Shown here in pieces: positions 1-7,958 of a DNA stretch of 64,000 nucleotides; the stretch's first letter is position 1; each line of letters begins with the position of its first letter. Origin of the DNA: Eubacteriales bacterium (GTDB lineage: Bacteria; Bacillota; Clostridia; Oscillospirales; JAAYXM01); assembly GCA_045537045.1 (NCBI GenBank), contig JAZSOS010000043.1:13452-77451 (forward strand). Reading direction: 5' to 3'. The translations under genes and the position numbers were made by a program. Under the pieces are notes generated by a model. That model worked only from the letters and a program-made list of their open reading frames with translations. It had not been told where the DNA came from and did not search any database.

Positions 1-2
1 GC

Positions 3-779
3 GGAACGAAAACAGGAGGATTGCAACGCCAGAACGTATGGCACAATTGCTTTATAACTAACGGTGAGCATCCGATAAGCTCTGTACACAGCGGAGGCGG
101 TGCGGTAAACCGAATCATTGAAATAGAGTGCGAGGACAAGATATACACGGACCTTGTCGGTATGTGTGAGGTTATTCGTACAAATTACGGCTTTGCCGGA
201 AAAATGTTTGTTGAGTATCTGCAGAGCGAGGGAGTTATTGAGCTGGTTCGTGAACTGCAGAGAGCGTACTATTCAGAATTGCTTAAAACAAACAGCACCG
301 AAAAACAGGCTGCATCGGCGAGCGTTATCTTGGCTGCGGATGCGGTTGTTACAGATTTGCTTTTCAAGGATGATAACGGCTTAACCGTTGAGGACATGGC
401 AGAGATAATGACAAAGCGTGAAGACGTAGATATCAACGCTCGGGCGCTCGAGTACATTCACGAGCTTGTTGAACGCAATTTCAACCGTTTCAGAAAGAAC
501 AGCTTCGGCGATTATACGGGCGAAATCTGGGGCGAGGTCACCTATGACGGTGTGTATATCATCAAGTCTGTTTTCGATAAAGAGATGGCAGATGCAGGGT
601 TCAACAGTTCGGCATTCCTGAGTTGGGCGAAAAGGAATGAGATAATCGGGTGTGATCAAGGGCGAACAACAAAGAACCATAGGATAAACGGAACACAGAC
701 ACGTTGTGTATGGATGCTAAAAGAAGGCGAAACATGGAAGACGTTGATACCGATGTTACCGATGTTACCGCAAAAATAA
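3..779 (+). CDS. Replication protein, C-terminal part (primase/helicase-type), 5'-truncated by window edge
   Basis: Frame open from window edge to TAA 777-779; sequence recalls C-terminal region of phage/plasmid primase-helicase (DUF927-like) proteins; followed by iteron-like repeats. Confidence 0.5.
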   Translation, partial: GTKTGGLQRQNVWHNCFITNGEHPISSVHSGGGAVNRIIEIECEDKIYTDLVGMCEVIRTNYGFAGKMFVEYLQSEGVIELVRELQRAYYSELLKTNSTEKQAASASVILAADAVVTDLLFKDDNGLTVEDMAEIMTKREDVDINARALEYIHELVERNFNRFRKNSFGDYTGEIWGEVTYDGVYIIKSVFDKEMADAGFNSSAFLSWAKRNEIIGCDQGRTTKNHRINGTQTRCVWMLKEGETWKTLIPMLPMLPQK

Positions 780-881
780 TACATATATTTATTAAAAATA
801 CACATAAAGCGAAAAGAAGAGTATATATATTTCGCGGGTGATGAGGTTAAAAACAGCGGTAACAACCGGTAACGCGGTAAC
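755..881. repeat. Iteron-like heptamers: 2x GTTACCG (755-761, 764-770) and 3x CGGTAAC (857-863, 867-873, 875-881) flanking an AT-rich spacer
   Basis: Direct reading of the sequence; inverted orientation of the two clusters; spacer 771-856 strongly AT-rich. Confidence 0.6.
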
Positions 882-886
882 AAACA

Positions 887-1282
887 ATGGAAAAAGGAGA
901 AACGTTCAAAATGACATATCTGTGTAATGGCAGAGAAAAAAACGGAAGATACAGTCTGATCGAGTTTCGCGGAGATTGTTTAGAGGGTGAAGGTCTTTAT
1001 ATCCCGGATGGGGGTTATGCAATAATTGACAGCAATGCGGAAATCCGAGTTGGTGACTTTGTTCATTGTAGCAGAATAACAGGACCGGTATTCACCTACG
1101 TCAAACAGGTTAAAGAAATCAAAGGCAACAGTGTAATTGTCGGGACTTGTTACTTAGATAAAAGCAAAGATTTCGCTTTTGAAGCAGCTGAGATACTTGG
1201 CGTTGTGAAAGAGATTTACTGTAAAATTACCGGCAAAAGAAAATATGTCAGGTCAAAGAACGAAACCGAGAAGGGAAGATGA
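887..1282 (+). CDS. Hypothetical phage protein (weak resemblance to a catalytically degenerate S24/LexA-like beta-barrel)
   Basis: 131-aa ORF, GGAG-type RBS region upstream, co-oriented with module. Confidence 0.5.
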   Translation: MEKGETFKMTYLCNGREKNGRYSLIEFRGDCLEGEGLYIPDGGYAIIDSNAEIRVGDFVHCSRITGPVFTYVKQVKEIKGNSVIVGTCYLDKSKDFAFEAAEILGVVKEIYCKITGKRKYVRSKNETEKGR

Positions 1283-1285
1283 AAT

Positions 1286-2023
1286 ATGAAAATATCACAA
1301 TTAATTCACGTGATGGATAAAGATGACGAAATCATAATTGATGATGTGAATGAGCGTATAGACAGAAACCGGGTATACCAAGGAACCGTTGGAGGAATAA
1401 ATCAAGATCAATCCATCAATGAAATGCACGTTGTATCTCTTGTTCCGGAGGATAAAAAGTTTTTGGTTTTGGCTGAACACAAAACCGAAATGAACGAAAA
1501 CGAGATTATAACGGCGTTGGAGTGTTGCATATCCGAAGAAGTTCAAGGTTGTAAAGATTGTCCTTTGCTTGAGTTCTCAAGGGATTGCGACGAGTGCCGA
1601 ACAGAGTTGATGAAGCAAGCTCTCGACATCATCAAGCGCAAGAATGCAGAGAATGAAGAACTAAAACGCAGAAATCAAAATTTGACTTCTGATTTAACTT
1701 CCGCAAAGGCAGAGATTGAAGCATTCAAGGAGTCAATTCGAGAACACGCGGAAATGCTTGCGGAACGAGATATGCAAATTAGGATGTTGCAGAAAGAGAA
1801 TGAAGCTTTTGCGCCTCTGGGAATGCTTTATAGCGAAATCAAATCCGAAGCGCGGAAAGAGTTTGCGGAGAAGGTAAAAGCCAAGCTCCATAATGAAGGT
1901 GGCTGCGATGCAGAACCGGGAACTTGGGCGCGAGGTTGGGATGATGCTATCACCAGAGCGATAGAGATAAGTGACGAAACCTTAACCGAACTAACGGAGA
2001 GAAAGGAAGATGAGGGGAAATGA
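1286..2023 (+). CDS. Hypothetical phage protein, Cys cluster plus long coiled coil
   Basis: 245-aa ORF, 3-nt gap from previous gene; CCxxxxxxGCKDC...CDEC motif then heptad-rich region. Confidence 0.6.
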   Translation: MKISQLIHVMDKDDEIIIDDVNERIDRNRVYQGTVGGINQDQSINEMHVVSLVPEDKKFLVLAEHKTEMNENEIITALECCISEEVQGCKDCPLLEFSRDCDECRTELMKQALDIIKRKNAENEELKRRNQNLTSDLTSAKAEIEAFKESIREHAEMLAERDMQIRMLQKENEAFAPLGMLYSEIKSEARKEFAEKVKAKLHNEGGCDAEPGTWARGWDDAITRAIEISDETLTELTERKEDEGK

Positions 2024-2187
2024 AAATCGAAGTAGAGAAAAATCAAGTAATGAAGAAGTGTCATTATTGCGAAGCTTCGGACTGGGACGGAAAATGTGTG
2101 TTGCACAAGTCTGAAGGAAGAATTAAGCATTGTAAAATGGCTGTGGAAAGATTGGTAGAAGCCGAGAAAGGTGGCGCATCTGAATGA
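2020..2187 (+). CDS. Small Cys-rich hypothetical protein (55 aa)
   Basis: ATGA overlaps at both ends (2020-2023, 2184-2187); CHYC...C...HC pattern; not in ORF track because under 60 aa. Confidence 0.4.
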   Translation: MKIEVEKNQVMKKCHYCEASDWDGKCVLHKSEGRIKHCKMAVERLVEAEKGGASE

Positions 2188-2639
2188 AATCTGTACTTAT
2201 AAGCATACAGCCGCCAAACACCAACAATATTTTTGACGGTATCAAAAGGATTGAGTGGCGAACCAAACCTCTGCCGACAGGAAAGCATTATTGCTATGAG
2301 ACTAAAAAATGCTTTGGTCTCGGCAAGGTTATCGGGGAATATCACGTTTGGCGTGTGAAAAAATATCAAAACGTAAGTATGATACCTGAAGAGTATGTTG
2401 CACAGGGGTGTGTTCCTATAGAGTTTTTGGAAGCGTATAGCAAAGGCAAACCTCTATATGCACACTTTATACTTCGCCCCCAAAGATATGACAAGCCGAA
2501 AGAGTTGAGAGAGTTTGTAAACTACGACAGATGCCCCTATGGCGGTTTAGTGGATTGCCAGAAATGCGGAGAGCATCATTGCTTAACAAGACCGCCGCAG
2601 AGTTGGTGTTATGTCGAGGAAGAAGGTGCGCAGGAATGA
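2184..2639 (+). CDS. ASCH-domain-like protein
   Basis: 151 aa; N-terminal SIQPPNTNNIFDGIKRIEWR resembles ASCH beta-barrel start; overlapping start/stop with neighbours. Confidence 0.55.
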   Translation: MKSVLISIQPPNTNNIFDGIKRIEWRTKPLPTGKHYCYETKKCFGLGKVIGEYHVWRVKKYQNVSMIPEEYVAQGCVPIEFLEAYSKGKPLYAHFILRPQRYDKPKELREFVNYDRCPYGGLVDCQKCGEHHCLTRPPQSWCYVEEEGAQE

Positions 2640-3076
2640 GGGATAGACTGATTGAGTTGTTAGACAATGCAACTAAAACATTCCGTTTTACAGCGTGGGA
2701 AAATACAGATAAGATTGCCGACATTCTTCTTGCTGATGGTTGGATGAAACCGCCTTGTAAGGTGGGGGATACGGTGTATGTTGTAACATATTGCAGATGT
2801 GGAAATGTTGAGTGTTACGAGCAAGGTCACTGCCACAAGCGGAATACCAAAAGAACGCCCAAATCATATTTTACTGTTATGGAACAACAAATGGGATATA
2901 AAACCTTTTGGAACGAGGATAAAGCTGAAAGAAAATATGTTCCCAAAGGCACGATATGCCACAAGGTTTTGAAAAAGCCTTTTACATTAAAGATGATTGA
3001 CGATTTTGGCAAAACCGTATTCCTCACAAAAGAAGAAGCAGAAGCGGCATTGCGAAAGGAAGGTGCGGAGAAGTGA
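2636..3076 (+). CDS. Hypothetical phage protein, Cys/His-rich
   Basis: ATG 2636 overlaps previous stop (ATGA); track start 2531 would overlap the previous gene by 109 nt. Confidence 0.55.
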   Translation: MRDRLIELLDNATKTFRFTAWENTDKIADILLADGWMKPPCKVGDTVYVVTYCRCGNVECYEQGHCHKRNTKRTPKSYFTVMEQQMGYKTFWNEDKAERKYVPKGTICHKVLKKPFTLKMIDDFGKTVFLTKEEAEAALRKEGAEK

Positions 3077-3222
3077 CACTGAAAGACAAAGGAACCATAC
3101 TGCGAATGCTCGGCAAGATTGAGGGCGTTGCCTTCGCTTTGAATGAAAAAATCGCAACGCCTTTGCTTGATGCTACAAAGGTCATAGACAATATTCTTGA
3201 AAAAGAGGAGTGTGCGGAGTGA
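3073..3222 (+). CDS. Small hypothetical protein (49 aa, GTG start)
   Basis: GTG 3073 overlaps previous stop (GTGA), preceded by GGTGCGGAG; ends TGA 3220-3222 overlapping next ATG. Confidence 0.35.
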   Translation: MTLKDKGTILRMLGKIEGVAFALNEKIATPLLDATKVIDNILEKEECAE

Positions 3223-3461
3223 TGGACAATACCATAACAAAAGAGCAGCTTGCAGAAATAGAAGATGTGTTATCTCGTTCTGACAGAGAAACGGCTTATG
3301 GTTTACTCGAAGAATATACAGGCATAAAAGCAAAGCCATATACTGCTTGGGCGTTTTATGATGATGCTGATAATTGGGTAGGAGATAGCGACCATTACAC
3401 TATAAATGATTTGCTTGATAATGCATATATCAAGATAGTCGAGAAAGGCGGTGCGGAGTAA
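3222..3461 (+). CDS. Hypothetical phage protein (79 aa)
   Basis: ATG 3222 in frame with track ORF 3210..3461; preceded by TGTGCGGAG. Confidence 0.5.
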   Translation: MDNTITKEQLAEIEDVLSRSDRETAYGLLEEYTGIKAKPYTAWAFYDDADNWVGDSDHYTINDLLDNAYIKIVEKGGAE

Positions 3462-3503
3462 TGGCGGTATGCGGTAAGTGCATTCATAAAGAGGTAAGGC
3501 AGA

Positions 3504-3776
3504 ATGACTTGTAAGGATTGCTTATACTACAAGGTTTGCTCTGATTTCAGAGGGAACATATGCGAGACTGACCTGAACCGATTTATGGAATACAGGGGAA
3601 CTCCTGACGGGCTGTGTGAACACTTCAAAAACAAAGCCGACTTTGTGGAAGTGGTAAGGTGTAAGGATTGTAAAAAGGCGAGAAGGATTGACAATGTGGG
3701 AAATCATCGCTGTTTTGTGCATCAAAATACAGTTAAAGGAATGCATTTTTGCAGTCACGGAGAGAAGCGAGAGTAA
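3504..3776 (+). CDS. Cys-rich hypothetical protein (two CKDC motifs)
   Basis: 90-aa ORF; RBS GAGGTAAGG upstream. Confidence 0.5.
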   Translation: MTCKDCLYYKVCSDFRGNICETDLNRFMEYRGTPDGLCEHFKNKADFVEVVRCKDCKKARRIDNVGNHRCFVHQNTVKGMHFCSHGEKRE

Positions 3777-3824
3777 CTACTCAAAAGTGCTATAAAATAC
3801 TCTAAAGTTTGAAAGGAAAGACCA

Positions 3825-3965
3825 ATGACGAAAACACACATATTCCCGTTGATTCTGATTGTCTGCAACCTCGGAGCGGCAGTGACATATGCGACAGCCG
3901 GAGACGTGAGGAAGGTAATTTACTGGATTGCAGCTGCTGTTCTGAATGCAGTTGTGACGTTTTGA
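3825..3965 (+). CDS. Small two-helix membrane protein (46 aa)
   Basis: MTKTHIFPLILIVCNLGAAVTYATAGDVRKVIYWIAAAVLNAVVTF; RBS GAAAGGAAAG 5-14 nt upstream; preferred over the Cys/Arg-rich track ORF 3809..4018. Confidence 0.35.
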   Translation: MTKTHIFPLILIVCNLGAAVTYATAGDVRKVIYWIAAAVLNAVVTF

Positions 3966-3980
3966 GAAGGAGCAAGAACA

Positions 3981-4367
3981 ATGACATCAATGGAACAGAT
4001 CGAACTTATCAGCGTTGAAGCTCGTAAGCTCGGTATGAAGTACGGCGAGTATGTCGAGAAATACGGACACACTCTTCCGGAGCCGAAACCGGAGAAAAAG
4101 AAAGGCACCGGATACATAGAAGGCGAGGGAGACAGAGGACACCTGTCGCGCATTGATAAAGTATGCATTATTTGTGGAGCATCCTTTAAGGCGGGAAACA
4201 ACAGAGCGAAGCATTGTCCGAAGTGCACGGAAGATCGGCGGAGAACGTATTGCCGCGAGTACGCAAGACAAAAGAAAAGGGAGAGTGAGAACCTTGTGAA
4301 AGTCAGAAACGATGAAAAACATGACGAAAGGAGAAAAGTAGATGAACTGGAAAAAAGTAAGCATTGA
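3981..4367 (+). CDS. Hypothetical protein with C-terminal zinc ribbon (CIIC...CPKC) and basic tail
   Basis: 128-aa ORF, RBS AGGAG upstream. Confidence 0.55.
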   Translation: MTSMEQIELISVEARKLGMKYGEYVEKYGHTLPEPKPEKKKGTGYIEGEGDRGHLSRIDKVCIICGASFKAGNNRAKHCPKCTEDRRRTYCREYARQKKRESENLVKVRNDEKHDERRKVDELEKSKH

Positions 4368-4779
4368 ACGGCTGTCAGAGTATTCGGATAGAAAACGTGC
4401 TATTGAAAATCTGTCAGACAAACTCCGTTCTCTGGAAATTGATTATGAGTCAATAAAGGCGGCCAGAACGGATGCAACTCCGGTGCGGGGTGGTGGTAAC
4501 AGCCGTGAAGATGCACTCATTGGCAATATTGTAGAGCGGGAGATGTTAAAGCGTAATCTTCGCATAGTACGATATGAGTTGAGAATTACAAATAACGGTC
4601 TAAATGCACTTACAGACGAAGAGCGGGAGGTTCTCTTCAGGTTCTACATAACACGGACAAATCGGCATGTAGAGGAACTGTGTGAGAGGCTTAATTACGA
4701 AAAGACAAAAATTTATGCAATAAAGGATCGCGCATTAAAAAAATTCACAAGAGCCTGCTACGGAATTGTTGAGCTTTAA
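4342..4779 (+). CDS. Late-gene transcriptional activator, sigma-70 region-4-type HTH (ArpU/RinA-like by sequence pattern and position)
   Basis: 145 aa; C-terminal LTDEEREVLFRFYI...IYAIKDRALKKF resembles sigma region 4; sits immediately upstream of the packaging module. Confidence 0.6.
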   Translation: MNWKKVSIERLSEYSDRKRAIENLSDKLRSLEIDYESIKAARTDATPVRGGGNSREDALIGNIVEREMLKRNLRIVRYELRITNNGLNALTDEEREVLFRFYITRTNRHVEELCERLNYEKTKIYAIKDRALKKFTRACYGIVEL

Positions 4780-4817
4780 AGTGCGGAAAAATCGCGGAAC
4801 ATTTTTAATAAATTCCA

Positions 4818-4826
4818 TGATATAAT
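4818..4826 (+). promoter_or_regulatory. Extended -10 element TGaTATAAT (candidate activator-dependent late promoter, no -35)
   Basis: Direct reading; located between activator gene and terS. Confidence 0.35.
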
Positions 4827-4836
4827 AGTATCGTGA

Positions 4837-4898
4837 AGAAATAGGCGATGAGAGCTTCCAGACCTCCGTAGGCTCTTGTTGCTTATTTCTTTTATTTC
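4837..4898 (+). terminator. Promoter-proximal hairpin (19 bp incl. 4 G-U pairs) plus U-rich tail
   Basis: Arms 4837-4855 and 4872-4890, then TTTATTTC; G-U pairs make it + strand specific. Confidence 0.55.
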
Positions 4899-4979
4899 AG
4901 AAAAGGAGCTGATACAGTGAGGTTGGTAAGATTACGGTTCCGGACGGATGTATCGGCATCCGTGCCGGGGTGATAAACT

Positions 4980-5363
4980 TTGGCAAATGAACAGAACTTG
5001 ATTCCGCTTAATAAACGAACAAAGAGGGAGCAAAGAGAAATTGCTCAAAAAGGCGGCAAGAAAAGCGCTGAAGTCAGACGTGAGAAAAAAACGTTCAGAC
5101 AGCTTGCTGAAACACTGCTTTCGTTGGAAGTTACCGATGCCAAAACCAAAAAGGAAATGAAGAATCTCGGCATTGAGGAAGATGAATTTACTCAAAAGAC
5201 GCTTTGCATGCTCGGCCTGATAGCCGAAGCTCGGGACGGGAACGTTCGAGCATTCGAAAAGCTTCAGGAGCTTACCGGAGAAATTGAGCAGGATAACAAC
5301 AAAGATGTTATGGACAAGCTTGATAAGGTGTTGGGAGGCATAGATGCTATCGCTGACGAATAA
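4980..5363 (+). CDS. Putative terminase small subunit
   Basis: 127 aa, TTG start with GGGGTGA RBS; basic N-terminus; overlaps and precedes TerL. Confidence 0.55.
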   Translation: MANEQNLIPLNKRTKREQREIAQKGGKKSAEVRREKKTFRQLAETLLSLEVTDAKTKKEMKNLGIEEDEFTQKTLCMLGLIAEARDGNVRAFEKLQELTGEIEQDNNKDVMDKLDKVLGGIDAIADE

Positions 5364-6606
5364 ACAGAAAGAATTCTGGAAGAACTGCAATCATCGGTGG
5401 AACATAAAGAGCGGTGCGACGCGAAGCGGAAAGACCTTTCTTGATTATTACCTTATCCCGAAGCGCATCAGAGCAGTGAGTGGTCAACCGGGGCTATATG
5501 TTATACTTGGTAATACCAAAAGTACTCTACAAAGAAATATTATTGAGCCGTTGCAAAACATATGGGGTTCGCAACTCGTAAGCAATATAAAATCAGACAA
5601 CACGGCTGTATTGTTCGGTGAGAAGGTTTATTGCATCGGTGCGGATAAGATAAGTCAGGTTGACCGTTTGCGAGGCAGTAGCATCAAATATTGTTACGGC
5701 GATGAGGTTGCAACATGGCATCGAGATGTGTTCGATATGCTCAAGTCACGTCTCGACAGGAGTTATAGCAGGTTTGATGGAACGTGCAACCCGGAGGATC
5801 CTAAGCATTGGTTCAAGCAATTCATGGACAGCAAGAGCGCTGATGTTTTTTATCAAAAATACACACTGTATGACAACACATTTCTCTCTCCGGAATTTGT
5901 CAGAAACCTTGAAAACGAATATCGGGGTACCGTTTATTTTGACCGTTTTATTTTAGGAGAATGGCAGAGAGCAGAAGGAATTGTTTTTCGCGACTTTGCA
6001 AACAATTTAAATAAATATATTATAAACAAAGAAAAAGCCCCCAAAGAATATAAAACCATTGGCGTGGGGTATGACTTGGGTGGAAATAAGTCCAATTTTG
6101 CTTTAGTAGCAACAGGAATAACGGTGGACAATACAGTGGTTGTTTTACGAACGGTTGAGATAAAGCCCGAGGGCTTGAACCTTGCAGATGTAGAAAGTAC
6201 AGCCATTAGCTTTATTGAAGGCATAGAAAAAGACTATAACGTAAAGCCAAAGAAAAACCAAAAGCAAAGACTGTTGAATATGGTTCGATATTGCTATGTG
6301 GATGATAATTACTACACCACGATTAACAGCCTTAATAATTGGCGCTACATCTTCGATAGTGCTGCACACATAAAAGCACGGATGCCGCTTGAGGACAGAC
6401 CGATAATGTTGACGAGGCTTATGGCACAGGGGAGGTTTAAGGTCGTTGAAAACGAGTGTGCTTCGCTAGTCGAACAACTCAGTGAAGTTGTATATGATGA
6501 TAAGAGCGAAAAGGCCGTGATTTGCGACGATGGGAGCATGAACATCGACGTTATCGACGCTTTTTTTTATTCTATTGCAGATGATTATTTATATTTAATT
6601 GATTAG
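5344..6606 (+). CDS. Terminase large subunit (PBSX-like)
   Basis: 420 aa; Walker A-like GATRSGKT; position between TerS and portal. Confidence 0.9.
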   Translation: MLSLTNKQKEFWKNCNHRWNIKSGATRSGKTFLDYYLIPKRIRAVSGQPGLYVILGNTKSTLQRNIIEPLQNIWGSQLVSNIKSDNTAVLFGEKVYCIGADKISQVDRLRGSSIKYCYGDEVATWHRDVFDMLKSRLDRSYSRFDGTCNPEDPKHWFKQFMDSKSADVFYQKYTLYDNTFLSPEFVRNLENEYRGTVYFDRFILGEWQRAEGIVFRDFANNLNKYIINKEKAPKEYKTIGVGYDLGGNKSNFALVATGITVDNTVVVLRTVEIKPEGLNLADVESTAISFIEGIEKDYNVKPKKNQKQRLLNMVRYCYVDDNYYTTINSLNNWRYIFDSAAHIKARMPLEDRPIMLTRLMAQGRFKVVENECASLVEQLSEVVYDDKSEKAVICDDGSMNIDVIDAFFYSIADDYLYLID

Positions 6607-6618
6607 GGAGTGATTGCT

Positions 6619-7953
6619 ATGTTTGGGAAATTCAAGCGGTTTTGGGATATACTGTTGGATAGTATAAAAACCGCATACAATAGAGTTTACCGAGCACCGG
6701 TAAAAACGGATGCACAGGCGTGGAGAGACCTTCTCCACATAAATTTTCTCGATATATTTGTTGAAAAGCTGAATAATCTTGTAAACAATGAAGCGACGTT
6801 CAGCATAAAAAGCGATGGAAGCGTTTCGAAGCCTGTTTCCGAGCTGTGCGAAGATATCGAGGCAAAGAAATTCAATATCACAGCGCATATGCTTGCAGAC
6901 GGAGATTATTACGTTTTCCCCGCTCTGGATGCGAAGGGCAAACTTATACACAGTTATCTGACACAACAGCAGGTTCGGATTCTTGATACCGATGGAGATA
7001 AAATCATAGAGGCCGCAGGGATAATCGATTGGTATGTAGATAAACAAAGCCGGGTGTATTACCTTTTGAGGCAGCACAAGCTTGATAAAAACGGAACACT
7101 CACGGTGTCCTATAAGACCGTAACCGAGGATGGAAAAACGTATGATTTGGAACGCTGGGCGCATCTGAAAGATGAAGTCGTAAGCTTTGCAAACGCAAAT
7201 CACATCGGCTTCGGACGGTATAAGTCCCCAGTATCAAGCCGTGGCTGTTCTCCTGTATACGGTGTTCCTCTCAATTTCGGTTGTGCTGATATTGAAAAAA
7301 GAATAACCGATGATTTGAAGTTTATAAAAGATGAGTTTAAAAACGGAAAATCCGTCATATTTACGGATCCGAGAAATCTGCTAACGGACAAAGAAAAGAA
7401 AGGATATTACATTGCTGAAAACGTTATTCCGGTTAAAAACACGTTAGGGAAAGATGGAAAGAATATTGATATATTCAATCCGAATCTGCGTTGGAGTGAA
7501 CATTACGGGAAGCTTGTTGCAGACCTTGCGCTTTACGAGAAGCAGGTTGGGACGAGCAAAGGAATACTTACCGAAAACGAAACAGCGTATACCTCTACAG
7601 CAACGGCAGTCAGACGTGCGAACGCAGACACGCTTGCACTTATCGGGAAAATACGCAATGCAATAGACTCCGGTAACAGAATGACGCTTGAGGCTGACTG
7701 TGTTTTCTTGAATATTCCGGTTGATGCATGGGAATATCAGTCTGACTGGTGGGATCCTTTTGCAGACAGCAAGGAACAGTGGCAACAGCTTCAGGAAGCG
7801 TTTGATGCAGGGGCCGCGGAAGAACGAGACCTCGTGCGGTGGACGTTCCCGAACCTTGACGAGGATGCAATTGAGGAGAAGCTTTCAAGAATTTCAGAAC
7901 AAAAGAAGAAAAACTCTGATGACGCACTTGAGAAAATCATCTCGGGAGGATGA
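6619..7953 (+). CDS. Portal protein
   Basis: About 444 aa right after TerL; ATG 6619 with GGGAG 8 nt upstream (track start GTG 6610). Confidence 0.8.
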   Translation: MFGKFKRFWDILLDSIKTAYNRVYRAPVKTDAQAWRDLLHINFLDIFVEKLNNLVNNEATFSIKSDGSVSKPVSELCEDIEAKKFNITAHMLADGDYYVFPALDAKGKLIHSYLTQQQVRILDTDGDKIIEAAGIIDWYVDKQSRVYYLLRQHKLDKNGTLTVSYKTVTEDGKTYDLERWAHLKDEVVSFANANHIGFGRYKSPVSSRGCSPVYGVPLNFGCADIEKRITDDLKFIKDEFKNGKSVIFTDPRNLLTDKEKKGYYIAENVIPVKNTLGKDGKNIDIFNPNLRWSEHYGKLVADLALYEKQVGTSKGILTENETAYTSTATAVRRANADTLALIGKIRNAIDSGNRMTLEADCVFLNIPVDAWEYQSDWWDPFADSKEQWQQLQEAFDAGAAEERDLVRWTFPNLDEDAIEEKLSRISEQKKKNSDDALEKIISGG

Positions 7954-7958
7954 TGTGA

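Noticed and set aside
2531-2635. Upstream start of ORF 2531..3076
   Set aside because: It would overlap the ASCH-like gene by 109 nt. ATG 2636 gives the ATGA coupling seen at all neighbouring junctions.
3462-3515. 17-aa ORF MAVCGKCIHKEVRQNDL after the fifth junction motif
   Set aside because: It is too short and overlaps the start of 3504..3776. It may be a remnant of a frameshifted Cys-rich gene, but I cannot support that.
3809-4018. 69-aa + strand track ORF (Cys/Arg/Ser-rich)
   Set aside because: The composition looks like an out-of-frame read. The +1 frame contains a 46-aa two-helix membrane peptide with a proper RBS (3825..3965), which I consider more plausible. Neither is certain.
4918-4974. 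18-aa GTG-initiated ORF and hairpin CCGGACGGATG/CATCCGTGCCGG (4936-4968) just upstream of terS, as a leader peptide or pac site
   Set aside because: The hairpin is real in the sequence, but nothing distinguishes a packaging signal from a chance structure. The mini-ORF has no support.
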